From NCBI GenBank assembly GCA_963737155.1, contig CAVTRN010000002.1, positions 992,001 to 1,056,000 of the forward strand: a DNA stretch of 64,000 nt, given 5' to 3'. The number at the start of each line of letters is the position of its first letter. Position 1 is the first letter of the stretch. This document shows positions 1-10,469 of the stretch, one piece after another. The stretch comes from Nitrospirota bacterium. GTDB taxonomy: Bacteria > Nitrospirota > UBA9217. The notes under the pieces are model-generated. The model did not search any database and was not told the origin of the DNA. It saw only the letters and a list, made by a program, of their open reading frames with translations. Position numbers and translations under genes: made by a program.

Positions 1-370
1 CCAGCGCCTTGTTGTACGCGCCGATGGCAAGGGCCGCGTTCCGGCCGTGGAAGTCCTACTCGGCACGCTTTCGGTGCGCGAAGCCATTATCGACGATGCG
101 AAAACACGCCAGATCCCCTCGATCATCGCCGCCGGCATCACCCATTACGGCATGCAGACCTTTGACCAGTCTCTTCTGATACTTTACAGAAAAGGCTACA
201 TCACCTATGATGAGGCAATGCTGACGGCAAGCAATCCCGACGATTTCGCGCTCAAAGTCAAAGGCATTCAGTCCACCAGCGATATTGCCTTGGAAGACGA
301 GGAGAAGCGCAAGACGGGTCCGAAGGCCGGGGGAGCCGAATTCAAAATCGACCGGTTCGGGGACAAGTAA
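1..370 (+). CDS. pilT: PilT/PilU-family type IV pilus retraction ATPase, C-terminal part (5' end outside window)
   Basis: Frame open from the window edge: QRLVVRADGKGRVPAVEVLL...VREAI...GMQTFDQSL, the characteristic PilT C-terminus. Confidence 0.88.
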   Translation, partial: QRLVVRADGKGRVPAVEVLLGTLSVREAIIDDAKTRQIPSIIAAGITHYGMQTFDQSLLILYRKGYITYDEAMLTASNPDDFALKVKGIQSTSDIALEDEEKRKTGPKAGGAEFKIDRFGDK

Positions 371-374
371 AGAC

Positions 375-452
375 GTGTTGATTGCGGATTTGAGGGAGAA
401 GGAACTGGCGCGAACGAGGAACACTGTATATCGCCTGCTCACTTACCGGTAG
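375..452 (+). pseudogene. recX: Truncated recX-like N-terminal remnant (25 codons)
   Basis: GTG-start frame reads VLIADLREKELARTRNTVYRLLTYR*, resembling the RecX N-terminal 'A.N.A.RLL.YR' motif; lies between pilT and alaS, the usual recX position. Confidence 0.55.
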
Positions 453-693
453 AGGCTCGTACTCTGCACGGGAATCACAAAACATTTAAACCCTCAAGGA
501 GCTCAATCTGAGAACGTTGAGGCCCTGATCAGTCCTGTGGTTGGACCTCAATCTGGTGTTGAAAGCATTCTTTCAACACCGCGGAAACGGATTTCGCGTT
601 ACTCGGTTCGTTTTCCTGAACCTGTTTCAAATCTATTGAATTCTTATGCCATTTCTGATATTTTTCTAAGCCATAAACTGCGGTATGGATGGT

Positions 694-722
694 TTGACAA
701 CTATTTCAATGCGGATTATAAA
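694..722 (+). promoter_or_regulatory. sigma70-type promoter for alaS
   Basis: TTGACA-N17-TATAAA about 50 nt upstream of the TTG start. Confidence 0.6.
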
Positions 723-770
723 ACTACGGTTACAAGTTCAGGATTAAAAAAGAGGAAAGGGATCATTATT

Positions 771-3407
771 TTGAAAGCCGGCGAATTGCGAAAGCTATTT
801 CTCGATTATTTCTCCCAGCGGGGGCACAAGATCGTGCCGAGTGCGTCTCTTGTGCCTAAAAACGACCCGACGCTGCTGTTCACCAATGCGGGCATGGTCC
901 AATTCAAGGGGGTTTTCCTTGGAGAAGACGTTCGCGACTACAAGCGCGCAACGACGTCGCAGAAGTGCGTTCGTGCCGGGGGCAAACACAACGACCTGGA
1001 CAACGTGGGCCACACGGCCCGGCACCATACGTTTTTCGAAATGCTCGGCAATTTTTCCTTCGGCGATTATTTCAAAAAAGACGCCATCGCCTATGCCTGG
1101 GAGTTTCTTACCGAGCAGGTGAAACTGCCGAAGGAAAAGCTTTGGGTCACGATCTATAAGGATGACGATGAGGCGTTTGAACTCTGGCAGCAGGTAGCAG
1201 GGGTATCGTCCGACCGCATCGTACGGCTTGGGGAAAAGGACAATTTCTGGTCCATGGGAGATACCGGCCCCTGCGGGCCCTGCTCCGAAATCATCATTGA
1301 CCAGGGAGAGGAAATCTCGTGCGGCAAGCCGGGATGCGCCGTGGGCTGCGACTGCGACCGGTACCTCGAAATATGGAACCTCGTATTCATGCAATACAAC
1401 CGCGACGAGACGGGCAAGCTTACGCCGCTTCCGAAGCCGAGCATCGACACGGGCATGGGTCTTGAGCGGCTTTCCTCGGTCTGCCAGAAAGTGAAGACGA
1501 ATTTCGAGACCGACCTGTTTCAGCCCATTATCAAACAGATTGCCGCCATTGCCGGCGTACCTTACCATCAGGACGAACAGACGGATATCTCCTACCAGGT
1601 CTGCGCTGACCATCTCCGGGCCATGACCTTCCTCATCTCGGACGGGGTGCTGCCGTCGAATGAAGGAAGGGGCTATGTACTGCGCCGGATTATCCGCAGG
1701 GCAAGCCGATATGGCAGGTTGATCGGCATTACGAAGCCCTTCCTGTACAGGCTCACCGGCGTGGTGACCGACGAGATGCGCGAGGCCTATCCGGAGCTTG
1801 TGGATGCCCGCGAGCACGTTGCTAAAGTCGTCTTGCTCGAGGAAGAACGGTTCGGCGCCACGCTCGATTCGGGAATGGCGCTTCTGAACGAGGCGGTCAG
1901 TAAAGTCAGAGCTACCGGCAAAAACATGATACCCGGAGATGTTCTGTTCAAACTCTACGACACCTTCGGTTTCCCCCTCGACCTTGTGGTTGATATGGCG
2001 CGGGACCTTCATCTAGAGCTCGATGAGGAGGGTTACCGCAAGGCCATGCAGGAGCAGCGGGACAAGGCGCGGGCGGCCTGGTCCGGTTCCGGTGAAGAAA
2101 AAATCAAACCTGTCTACAAAGAGGTCGCCAGTCGCGTGAGGAAGACGGTCTTTACCGGTTATGAAAAGCTAGAAGGAACCGGAGAGGTAATGGCAATCAT
2201 CAAAGGCGATGCGGTGGTGAACGAAGCACGTGAGGGCGACGAAGTGGAAATAATCCTTGATCAAACTCCATTCTACGCCGAATCGGGAGGGCAGGTCGGG
2301 GACAGGGGAGAACTCCTGGGCGAGGCGGCGAAATTCACTGTTCTGGATACAGTCAAGCCCGTGGAGGGTCTCGTCGTCCACGAGGGGAAGGTAAAAAAAG
2401 GCGGCTTCAAGACAGGCGATGCAGTGCTTGCGAAAGTCGAGGCCGAAGACCGCATGGACACGGTCCGGCACCACACAGTGACTCACATTCTCCATGCGAC
2501 GCTGCGGTCGGTCCTGGGCGAGCACGTGAAGCAGGCCGGTTCGCTTGTCTCACCGGAACGGTTGCGGTTCGATTTCACGCATTACACGGCGCTCACGGAA
2601 CGGGAACGTGAAAGAGTTGAGGAACTGGTAAATGAGCGTGTTTTCGAGAACCACCCTGTTGAAACGGCGGTCATGGATATCGACCAGGCAATCGCAACAG
2701 GGGCCATGGCGCTCTTTGATGAAAAATATGGCGATAAGGTGCGGGTTGTGACGGTGAAGGATGTGAGCAAGGAGCTCTGCGGGGGCACCCATGCGACGGC
2801 ATCGGGCGACATCGGGCTGTTCAAGATCGTGTCCGAAGTCGGGATAGCGGCGGGTGTGCGCAGGATCGAGGCGCTGGCCGGGCGCCGTGCCTATCTGGCG
2901 GTGCGGAAGGACGAACAGAGCCTCCAGGAGATCAGCCGGCTGCTCAAGGCGTCCGATCCGGACGTTGTTGGCAAAGTAGAGCGGGTCTTGAACCAGCTAA
3001 AAGACGCTGAGAAGGAGCTGGACAAACTCAAACACAAGCTCCAGTCGTCACAGGCCAGCGATGTGATATCCGGGGCCCGGGACATCAACGGCGTAAAGGC
3101 GTTGGCGAAGCGCGCCGACGGCATGGACCCCCGGGACCTTCGGGACTTCGGCGATAAGCTCAGGGACAAGATCGGTTCTGGGGTCCTGGCGCTGGGGTCG
3201 GTTAAGGACAACAAGGTGAGTCTCATCATAATGGTAACCAAAGACCTGACAAACCGGTTTCATGCAGGCAAGATTATCAAGGAAATGGCGCTGATTCTCG
3301 GCGGAACGGGGGGTGGCAAACCCGATCTGGCCCAGTCCGGGGGAAAGGACCCTGCCAAATTGGATGCGGCTCTCGATGCGTTCTATGCTATAATAAAGAA
3401 AATATAA
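771..3407 (+). CDS. alaS: Alanine--tRNA ligase
   Basis: DPTLLFTNAGM, HHTFFEMLGNFSFGDYFK, DTGMGLER, editing HxxxH and ELCGGTH, C-terminal GGGK; likely TTG start at 771 after GGAAAGG rather than the ORF-track 537. Confidence 0.98.
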   Translation: MKAGELRKLFLDYFSQRGHKIVPSASLVPKNDPTLLFTNAGMVQFKGVFLGEDVRDYKRATTSQKCVRAGGKHNDLDNVGHTARHHTFFEMLGNFSFGDYFKKDAIAYAWEFLTEQVKLPKEKLWVTIYKDDDEAFELWQQVAGVSSDRIVRLGEKDNFWSMGDTGPCGPCSEIIIDQGEEISCGKPGCAVGCDCDRYLEIWNLVFMQYNRDETGKLTPLPKPSIDTGMGLERLSSVCQKVKTNFETDLFQPIIKQIAAIAGVPYHQDEQTDISYQVCADHLRAMTFLISDGVLPSNEGRGYVLRRIIRRASRYGRLIGITKPFLYRLTGVVTDEMREAYPELVDAREHVAKVVLLEEERFGATLDSGMALLNEAVSKVRATGKNMIPGDVLFKLYDTFGFPLDLVVDMARDLHLELDEEGYRKAMQEQRDKARAAWSGSGEEKIKPVYKEVASRVRKTVFTGYEKLEGTGEVMAIIKGDAVVNEAREGDEVEIILDQTPFYAESGGQVGDRGELLGEAAKFTVLDTVKPVEGLVVHEGKVKKGGFKTGDAVLAKVEAEDRMDTVRHHTVTHILHATLRSVLGEHVKQAGSLVSPERLRFDFTHYTALTERERERVEELVNERVFENHPVETAVMDIDQAIATGAMALFDEKYGDKVRVVTVKDVSKELCGGTHATASGDIGLFKIVSEVGIAAGVRRIEALAGRRAYLAVRKDEQSLQEISRLLKASDPDVVGKVERVLNQLKDAEKELDKLKHKLQSSQASDVISGARDINGVKALAKRADGMDPRDLRDFGDKLRDKIGSGVLALGSVKDNKVSLIIMVTKDLTNRFHAGKIIKEMALILGGTGGGKPDLAQSGGKDPAKLDAALDAFYAIIKKI

Positions 3408-3456
3408 AAACCTATGCAGTAAACGGTGAAGGATAACACAAACTAAGGAGGCAATC

Positions 3457-3777
3457 ATGATGGTTTCAGACGTCATCAAGAAGGCTATGCTGGTGGGGCT
3501 GGGAGCGCAGGAAAAGGCAAAGGAATTCATCGATGAACTGGTGAAGGCAGGGGAGCTTTCCAAGGGCGAAGGTGCCACGCTTGTCAAAGAATGGGTCACC
3601 AAGGCTGAGGAAAGCACCAAGGACATGGACCACAAGGTCAAGGACGCGATATCCGCCGCCTTTGAAAAGCTGAACATCCCGAATCGCGACGATCTTGTCA
3701 GTCTGGAAAAAAAGGTCCAATCCCTCTCCGCGAGGCTTGCAAAGCTGGAGGGAGTAGACAAAAAGGACGCGGATTAA
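3457..3777 (+). CDS. Phasin-like / PHA granule-associated family small coiled-coil protein
   Basis: KKAMLVGLGA...DELVKAGELSKGEG...LNIP.R.DL..LE pattern; AAGGAGG RBS; upstream of an ABC1 kinase, a common pairing. Confidence 0.7.
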   Translation: MMVSDVIKKAMLVGLGAQEKAKEFIDELVKAGELSKGEGATLVKEWVTKAEESTKDMDHKVKDAISAAFEKLNIPNRDDLVSLEKKVQSLSARLAKLEGVDKKDAD

Positions 3778-3798
3778 GATAGCATCCTACGTGCACCT

Positions 3799-5505
3799 AT
3801 GTCGCCTATCGGGTTTGGGAGAAGAAATATCCGGGACATCCCGCGTATCGGCCGGATCATCGCGGTCGCGTCCCGCCACGGGTTTGGCCATCTTGTAGAG
3901 CAGCTTGGATTGCAGCGTTTTTTCTCTCTGGGGAGGCGCATTCTTACCTTTAAGAAGCCGCCGTCCCTGGCTCACCACATCGGAACCCCGGAACGTCTTC
4001 GGTTGATGTTCGAAGACTTGGGGCCTACCTTCATAAAATTCGGGCAGGTGCTGGCGTGCAGGCCGGACATGATGCCTATCGAGTATTCTCGAGAATTTCT
4101 CAAACTGACGGACTCAGTCGTGCCTTTTCCATCCCTGGAAGCCAGAAAGATAATTGAGGAAGAGCTCAAGGCGCCGATCAGTAGTGTCTACGCATTCTTC
4201 GACGATATTCCGGTTGCTGCCGCGTCGATCGCCCAGGTTCACCGGGCAACGCTTCTCGACGGTAGCGAGGTCATGGTCAAGGTCCAGCGACCGAACATTG
4301 ACCGCATGATCTACCGCGACGTCAGCATCATGCGCTGGCTTGCCGAACTCATGGAATCGCGCATCCCCGAACTGGCTCCCTACAACATGCCGGGGATTGT
4401 CAACGAATTCGCGCGCACTATCAAGCGAGAGCTCGATTTTTTTATCGAGGCTTCAAGCGCCATTCAGCTGAGGAAAAATTTCGAGCACAGTAGGGTCCTC
4501 TTCGTACCGAAGGTCTACACGGACCTTTCGAGCAAACGCGTCCTCGTTCTGGAAAAAGTCGAAGGCATCCGCATTGACGAATATGCTCGTCTTGACCGAG
4601 AGGGATTCAGCCGAAAGGAGCTGGCTCTGAAGGGCGGCGAGGCTTTTTTCAAAATGGTTCTGAAGGACGGTTTCTTCCACGCAGATCCTCATCCGGGGAA
4701 CATATTCGTGCTCGCTGACGGCAGGCTGGGCCTCGTCGATTTCGGTATCATGGGGCGGGTCACCGAGGAGAATATGGAGCGCTTTGCATCAATTTTCCTC
4801 GCCCTTGCGAACCACGATTACGATGCGCTCGTCCGGCAATATGTGGAGCTCGGGTTCGTGTCCGAGACGACCGTGGACATCGAGCAGTTCCAGCGAGAGA
4901 TGAAGGAGGATCTCATCGAATTGCTGGAACCCTACTATATCATGCAGGTAAAGCAGATAGACTTCGGCGCCTATATTGACAGCGTCACTCGCATTCTTCT
5001 CCGGCACCACCTCAAACTGCCGTCGAACCTTTATCTGATGGACAAATCGCTTATAACCCTTGAGGGTATTTTGAAGCAGCTTGACCCGGAGTTCAATTAT
5101 TTCGAGGCGGCAAAGCCCTACGTGGCGGAGCTTGTGCGCCGCAAATTAAATCCGCTGCGCACCGCCGAGAACTTCAGGAAAAACATGGAAGAGTTCGCCG
5201 ATGCCTTTGCGCTCCTCCCCAAACAGATGAAAGCGACGTACAGAAAATTCATGCATGGCGACATCCGGGTCACTGTTCACCACGAGGAACTCGGTCGTCT
5301 TATCACGGATATCGATAAATCGAGCAACCGTATTGCGTTCAGCGTCCTCACCGCCTCAATCATCGTGGCATCATCCATCATTATTCATTCAGCCCGCGGG
5401 CCACTGCTTTTTGGCTTGCCAGTATTCGGCCTGATAGGGTATGTTATAGCAGCTCTCCTAGGCTTCTGGATCCTGGTCGGGATCCTGCGCTCTGGACAGC
5501 TCTGA
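3799..5505 (+). CDS. ubiB: UbiB/AarF (ABC1) family atypical kinase
   Basis: LGPTFIKFGQ, AAASIAQVH, VKVQRP, FFHADPHPGN, VDFGIMG; C-terminal TM helices. Confidence 0.92.
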   Translation: MSPIGFGRRNIRDIPRIGRIIAVASRHGFGHLVEQLGLQRFFSLGRRILTFKKPPSLAHHIGTPERLRLMFEDLGPTFIKFGQVLACRPDMMPIEYSREFLKLTDSVVPFPSLEARKIIEEELKAPISSVYAFFDDIPVAAASIAQVHRATLLDGSEVMVKVQRPNIDRMIYRDVSIMRWLAELMESRIPELAPYNMPGIVNEFARTIKRELDFFIEASSAIQLRKNFEHSRVLFVPKVYTDLSSKRVLVLEKVEGIRIDEYARLDREGFSRKELALKGGEAFFKMVLKDGFFHADPHPGNIFVLADGRLGLVDFGIMGRVTEENMERFASIFLALANHDYDALVRQYVELGFVSETTVDIEQFQREMKEDLIELLEPYYIMQVKQIDFGAYIDSVTRILLRHHLKLPSNLYLMDKSLITLEGILKQLDPEFNYFEAAKPYVAELVRRKLNPLRTAENFRKNMEEFADAFALLPKQMKATYRKFMHGDIRVTVHHEELGRLITDIDKSSNRIAFSVLTASIIVASSIIIHSARGPLLFGLPVFGLIGYVIAALLGFWILVGILRSGQL

Positions 5506-5532
5506 AGTGGAATCCGGATCGCGGGGTCATGC

Positions 5533-6594
5533 ATGCAAGGAGCAGTAAAAAAAGGGTTGAGAAAAGTTACTTGGTGGATGTTCTTGATCGCCACGTTGAC
5601 GTTTTTCGTCGTTATACATTTCTACATAGCGCTCTTCGTCCCTCCATCGAAAGAGAAGGTCTGGAAGGAAATTCAGGTTACCGAAGGCATGAGCTTCAAG
5701 GCCATCTCGGCCGAGCTCCAGAAGGAAGGCCTCATCCGTTACCGAGGCTATTTTGAGCTTATCGGCAGGTTTGAGGGTATCAGCCGCAAGGTGCGCATGG
5801 GCTACTATGGCCTAAGCACGAATATGACCCTCTGGGAAGTGCTCGATTCATTGCGCAAGGGAAAGATCATCGAGTACGAGATCGTGATTCCCGAGGGGTA
5901 TAATCTGTACCAGATCGGATGGACGCTTTCCAATACGCCCCTGCTTTCCGATCCGCAGGATTTCATTAACCTGGTGAAGGATAAAAAATATGTACATTCA
6001 CTCGGCATCGAGGCAGACACCCTCGAAGGATATTTGTTTCCGGACACTTATTATCTGCCCAAGGGCATAAAGCTCGAGGATATACCGAAGAAAATGGTTC
6101 AAAGATACAAGGCGGTTTTCACAGACAGCCTCCGGGATCGCGCAAAGGAACTTGGGTTTACCGAACACCAGATAATCACGCTGGCTTCCATCGTGGAAAA
6201 AGAAGCCAAAGTGGAGTCGGAACGGACGCTGATTGCCGCCGTTTACATGAACCGGCTCAAGAAGGGGATGAAACTCCAAGCAGATCCGACCACCGTATAT
6301 GGCACCAAGGCGTGGATCACGAAGGTCACTTTCCAGGACCTGAAGCGTCGGTCGCCCTATAATACCTATCTTCACAAGGGACTTCCGCCGGGACCGATCG
6401 CGAACCCCGGCGAAGGAGCGATTCTTGCCTCGCTCTATCCTGACAAGGTGGACTACCTTTTCTTCGTTGCCCAGGGCGACGGCAGCCATTATTTCTCGAA
6501 GGATTTCAAATCCCACGAAAAAGCCATTAGCAGGTATCGTTCGAACAGGAAAAAAGCGCAACAGCAGACTCTGGAAAATGTGGAACGGGAGTAA
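5533..6594 (+). CDS. mltG: Endolytic transglycosylase MltG (YceG)
   Basis: N-terminal TM, LEGYLFPDTY, LASIVEKE, LQADPT, SPYNTY..GLPPGPIANPG. Confidence 0.95.
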   Translation: MQGAVKKGLRKVTWWMFLIATLTFFVVIHFYIALFVPPSKEKVWKEIQVTEGMSFKAISAELQKEGLIRYRGYFELIGRFEGISRKVRMGYYGLSTNMTLWEVLDSLRKGKIIEYEIVIPEGYNLYQIGWTLSNTPLLSDPQDFINLVKDKKYVHSLGIEADTLEGYLFPDTYYLPKGIKLEDIPKKMVQRYKAVFTDSLRDRAKELGFTEHQIITLASIVEKEAKVESERTLIAAVYMNRLKKGMKLQADPTTVYGTKAWITKVTFQDLKRRSPYNTYLHKGLPPGPIANPGEGAILASLYPDKVDYLFFVAQGDGSHYFSKDFKSHEKAISRYRSNRKKAQQQTLENVERE

Positions 6595-6595
6595 A

Positions 6596-7000
6596 CTATT
6601 CTATCAGTACGGTGAAATCCGAGAATTCGCGAAAAGACTTTATCGTGTCTTTCAGCCCTGTCTTGCCGAATTTCCCGTACGCCATCGAATCGTCGTATAG
6701 TTTGATAGATTTTTGCTTTCTATCGATGACAAACTTTCCTCCTCCCGCTACGATCCAATCGTGGTCATAAATATCATATCGCTTTCTTTCCGAATCGTAG
6801 CTCCCGTCAATCCCTTTATCGAGGCAAAACCGCTCAACAATGTTTGAGTGATACTTTGACAATTCCCCGGGCGAGAACACAAGATAGAGAGTGTTCCCTT
6901 TCCTGATCTGAACAAACTTGCCGGTGATTATCGGTGGGGCAGGCACTTTGGACAGGGATGTGTAGTAGAAGAGAATGTAATCTACGAGCGTGACAACCAT
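6596..7000 (-). CDS. Hypothetical protein (134 aa)
   Basis: ATG at 7000 preceded by GGAGG; open frame with globular composition; no family recognised. Confidence 0.6.
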   Translation of the reverse strand: MVVTLVDYILFYYTSLSKVPAPPIITGKFVQIRKGNTLYLVFSPGELSKYHSNIVERFCLDKGIDGSYDSERKRYDIYDHDWIVAGGGKFVIDRKQKSIKLYDDSMAYGKFGKTGLKDTIKSFREFSDFTVLIE

Positions 7001-7142
7001 GGCTTTTAACCTCCGCTTACTTTCCTGAAATGGAAACCATCGAGGCGAGCCGGAAGATAGCTGCTTATTAGAAAACCCGGAGTGTCTTATCAGCGACAGA
7101 TCATGAGACGAGTACAATCCTCAGTGACTCACTGAGAGCATC

Positions 7143-7997
7143 CTATTCCCGCTGTCTCGGATCGAGCGCATCGCGGATGCCTTCGCCGAGAAGGTTATAA
7201 CCGAGCACAGTGACCAGGATCGCGAGACCGGGGAATAGGGACAGCCACCAGGCAATCTCGATATTGTCCTTACCTGACGAGAGGAGGCTGCCCCAACTCG
7301 GCGTGGGGGGCTGGACGCCCAGGCCGAGGAAACTCAACGCCGACTCGATGAGGATCGCGCCGCCGATCCCCATGGTCGCGGATACGAGAATGGGGGAGAG
7401 CCCGTTTGGAAGAACATGCTTCACGATTATTCTGGCGTCCTTTGCTCCGAGGGCATGCGCAGCAATCACGAACTCGCGCTCCTTGAGGGAGATGAATTCG
7501 GCCCTGATCAGGCGCGCCGGCTCCATCCAGCTGGTGAGCCCGATGACGACCATGATATTGACGATGTTTGGTTCAAGGATGGCGATTACCGCAAGGACAA
7601 GGAATATGGTGGGAATGCTCAGCATGATGTCTACGGCCCTCATGATGCTGCTGTCCACCCACCCGCCATAATATCCGGCGATCGCGCCGAGGATAACGCC
7701 GATGATGGTTGCGATGCCCACGGCTATGAAGCCCACTTCCAGTGAGATCCTTCCGCCCCAGAGCATACGCGAGAGCACATCCCGTCCGAGGTCGTCGGTA
7801 CCGAGTATATGGGAGAAGCTGGGGCCGACGAGGATATTTTTGATGTCGATTGTGTCCGGATTATACGGCGCAATCCAGGGCGCGAGCAGGGACAGCGCGA
7901 AAACGAGCAGCACAAGGCTTCCGCCGCTGACCGCGAACTTGTTCTTCATGAGGTAGTGAAATGTCCGGGATGAGAAAGACTCGGTGTTTGACATCAT
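7143..7997 (-). CDS. Peptide/nickel ABC transporter permease, OppC/DppC type
   Basis: HILGTDDLGRDVLSR, EAA-like FVIAAHALGA...KHVLPN, LSFLGLGVQPPTPSWG. Confidence 0.93.
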   Translation of the reverse strand: MMSNTESFSSRTFHYLMKNKFAVSGGSLVLLVFALSLLAPWIAPYNPDTIDIKNILVGPSFSHILGTDDLGRDVLSRMLWGGRISLEVGFIAVGIATIIGVILGAIAGYYGGWVDSSIMRAVDIMLSIPTIFLVLAVIAILEPNIVNIMVVIGLTSWMEPARLIRAEFISLKEREFVIAAHALGAKDARIIVKHVLPNGLSPILVSATMGIGGAILIESALSFLGLGVQPPTPSWGSLLSSGKDNIEIAWWLSLFPGLAILVTVLGYNLLGEGIRDALDPRQRE

Positions 7998-8051
7998 CGA
8001 TTCCGCCTATTCATTCTTTTCTGCGCCACGGAACTCAAGCCTCTGGTTCTG

Positions 8052-9023
8052 TCATTTCAGCCTCACCCGCGGATCGGTAAAGGCATACGCGATATCAGCG
8101 AGAAAATTGCCGAGTAGCGTCAGCAAAGCAGCCGGCACCAGGATACCCATAGCAAGATTGTAATCCCTTGAGAACACAGCCTGATATAAAAGCCGCCCCA
8201 TGCCGGGGATGCCGAAGACCGTTTCCATGATCACGCTGCCGCCGATGATTCCAGGCAGTGAGAGCCCTAGAATCGTTATAACCGGCATCAGAGCGTTCCG
8301 GAGCGCATGCTTGTATATGACTATTCGCTCGGGAAGGCCTTTTGCGCGCGCTGTCCGAATATAATCCTGCCGCAGGACTTCGAGCATGTTGTTCCGCATG
8401 TATCGGGAAAACCCCGCAAGTCCGCCGAAGGCGGAGACGAAGACTGGAAGTACCAGGTGATTCGCTTCGTCCACGAGCCTTCCCCAGAAGGTGAGGCCGG
8501 TGATATCCAGGCTGTGAATTCCCGATATGGGGACTAACCCCCACTGGACGCCGAGAAGATAAATAAGCAGCAATGCCAGCCAGAAGGAAGGCGTGGAATA
8601 CCCGATGAAGACGAAAATGGTTGTGAACCGGTCGAGGAGCGAGTACTGCCTGGTGGCAGACATGATGCCTATGGGGATGGCGATCAGGAGAATGAGTCCG
8701 AGAGAGAGGATGTTTATAGTAAGCGTAATCGGGAGGCTTTCGATTATCTTGTCTCTCACCTTGCGTCCGTCAGCAAAGGCTTCCCCGAAATCGAGTGTCA
8801 CGAACTTCTTGAGCCAAGTTCCATACTGTTTGTAGAAAGGCTGATCTGCTCCGTAGAGTTTTCTCAGCCGTTCGCGCGCCTCGGCTGAAGCCTTGGCGGA
8901 AAAATCCATCTGCGCTTCTGCGGGCCCGCCGGGAGCAAGGTGCATGACGCCGTAGCTCAGCACTGTAATGCCAAGCAGGATGGGTATCATGAGGAGCGTG
9001 CGTTTTATGATATAGACTAACAT
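8052..9023 (-). CDS. Peptide/nickel ABC transporter permease, OppB/DppB type
   Basis: [11 protein letters not shown]...[18 protein letters not shown]-terminal DPRV. Confidence 0.93.
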   Translation of the reverse strand: MLVYIIKRTLLMIPILLGITVLSYGVMHLAPGGPAEAQMDFSAKASAEARERLRKLYGADQPFYKQYGTWLKKFVTLDFGEAFADGRKVRDKIIESLPITLTINILSLGLILLIAIPIGIMSATRQYSLLDRFTTIFVFIGYSTPSFWLALLLIYLLGVQWGLVPISGIHSLDITGLTFWGRLVDEANHLVLPVFVSAFGGLAGFSRYMRNNMLEVLRQDYIRTARAKGLPERIVIYKHALRNALMPVITILGLSLPGIIGGSVIMETVFGIPGMGRLLYQAVFSRDYNLAMGILVPAALLTLLGNFLADIAYAFTDPRVRLK

Positions 9024-9299
9024 GAGATGGCTGTTTTGCGGAAGCCCTGCATTCGATGCATTAGCGATTTGCCGGTTGAGAGCGTTTTTGCTGGTGCAAA
9101 GCTTGGGATGAAATTCCAGACTGTCTCGTGGTAGAATTCCCTATACTCCCTTAAGGTTTATAATAGTATATAATGCCGGCCATTTCAAGATAAAATGATG
9201 AACGGGATGTTTGGAGGAAGACAGGTATTCGGAAATGGGCTCCGCCATGATAATTCAGCCCGCTCTTTTGCCCGGCTGCCGTTCTCCGGACGTTAGCGC

Positions 9300-9328
9300 T
9301 TGACATTGAAAAGGAGTGTGAGTATTAT
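9300..9328 (+). promoter_or_regulatory. sigma70 promoter of the tRNA cluster
   Basis: TTGACA-N17-TATTAT upstream of tRNA-Pro. Confidence 0.75.
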
Positions 9329-9366
9329 ATGCCCTACGAGTCAGGGGTAAACAGTTGCGATTCAAT

Positions 9367-9443
<77 letters not shown>

Positions 9444-9455
9444 TTCCAATTGATT

Positions 9456-9532
9456 GCGCCTGTAGCTCAGGTGGATAGAGCAACAGCCTTCTAAGCTGTG
9501 GGTCAGGGGTTCGAATCCCTTCAGGCGCGCCA
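9456..9532 (+). tRNA. tRNA-Arg(TCT)
   Basis: Anticodon arm ACAGC-CTTCTAA-GCTGT, GTTCGAATC, CCA. Confidence 0.97.
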
Positions 9533-9623
9533 AAAAATAAATGGAAAAATTTGGAAATTTAAGGTATCATGGGCGCTCCGAAATCGTGAATTTTTATTTT
9601 TGAAGTTGAAATTAGTTTTTCAT

Positions 9624-9700
9624 GGTGGGCGTAGCTCAGCTGGTAGAGCACAAGGTTGTGGCCCTTGTGGCCGCGGGTTCAAGCCCCGTCGCTCACCCCA
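9624..9700 (+). tRNA. tRNA-His(GTG)
   Basis: G-1 present, anticodon arm CAAGG-TTGTGGC-CCTTG, CCA. Confidence 0.97.
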
Positions 9701-9713
9701 CTTTTCTCATATA

Positions 9714-9743
9714 GAGACGGCCGATCCGGCCGTCTCACTTTTT
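9714..9743 (+). terminator. Hairpin with U-tract inside the tRNA cluster
   Basis: GAGACGGCCG-ATC-CGGCCGTCTC followed by ACTTTTT. Confidence 0.5.
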
Positions 9744-9757
9744 CTGGAGTATGTACT

Positions 9758-9834
9758 GCGCCCGTAGCTCAGCTGGATAGAGCGTTGGCCTCCGAAGCCA
9801 AAGGTCGTGGGTTCGACTCCCGCCGGGCGCACCA
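9758..9834 (+). tRNA. tRNA-Arg(CCG)
   Basis: Anticodon arm TTGGC-CTCCGAA-GCCAA, CCA. Confidence 0.97.
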
Positions 9835-9935
9835 AATGTATTTCCCTTCGCAATTTTGCGGGAATGAATCAGAGTTAGGGGCTTTGAGCTGTATCCAAAC
9901 GGTAACTCGGCACTCTGTACTGAAAACTTACATGC

Positions 9936-10012
<77 letters not shown>

Positions 10013-10089
10013 AGAAAATAAATTGTGAAAAATATGGATGGGAACAGGCATTAAACTGAAATAATCGTAGCTAAGTGGACATTTTCTTG

Positions 10090-10118
10090 TTGCATCCTCT
10101 CGTCCATATAAGTATAAT
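10090..10118 (+). promoter_or_regulatory. sigma70 promoter of tRNA-Lys
   Basis: TTGCAT-N17-TATAAT. Confidence 0.65.
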
Positions 10119-10160
10119 GCAGCCGTTTTTGAACCATGAACTTTCGTAAAGTAGTTGTAC

Positions 10161-10236
<76 letters not shown>

Positions 10237-10245
10237 TAAATTATC

Positions 10246-10280
10246 AAGGACTTCCGAAACATGGAAGTCCTTTTTAATTT
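10246..10280 (+). terminator. Rho-independent terminator after tRNA-Lys
   Basis: AAGGACTTCC-N7-GGAAGTCCTT plus T-run. Confidence 0.8.
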
Positions 10281-10469
10281 TTTGGGCACCCGGTAAAATA
10301 CCGCAAAATGAACCCTGCGTGCACTCAAAATGCACTCACTCCAAGAAAATTAGGATAGCAACTAAAATGTTTAGGACCGATCGTCCTAAACATATTTTAT
10401 TTAGTGTCGTATATTCACAGTGGATCGTGTCACTTTTTTCCGGAGTTTGTTTACCTCCCTTAATTTATT

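Noticed and set aside
537-770. 78-aa N-terminal extension of AlaS; similar extensions in ORFs at 42093, 43526, 47066, 51185, 52566, 58759 and 29441
   Set aside because: ORF-caller artefacts; homology and RBS positions point to downstream starts
795-2012. Long antisense ORFs (also 56769-57899, 41411-42082, 48920-49678)
   Set aside because: Shadows of well-supported genes on the opposite strand with no recognisable motifs
3457-5505. Phasin-like + UbiB kinase pair as a novel system
   Set aside because: A common gene pairing in many bacteria and archaea; nothing unusual seen here
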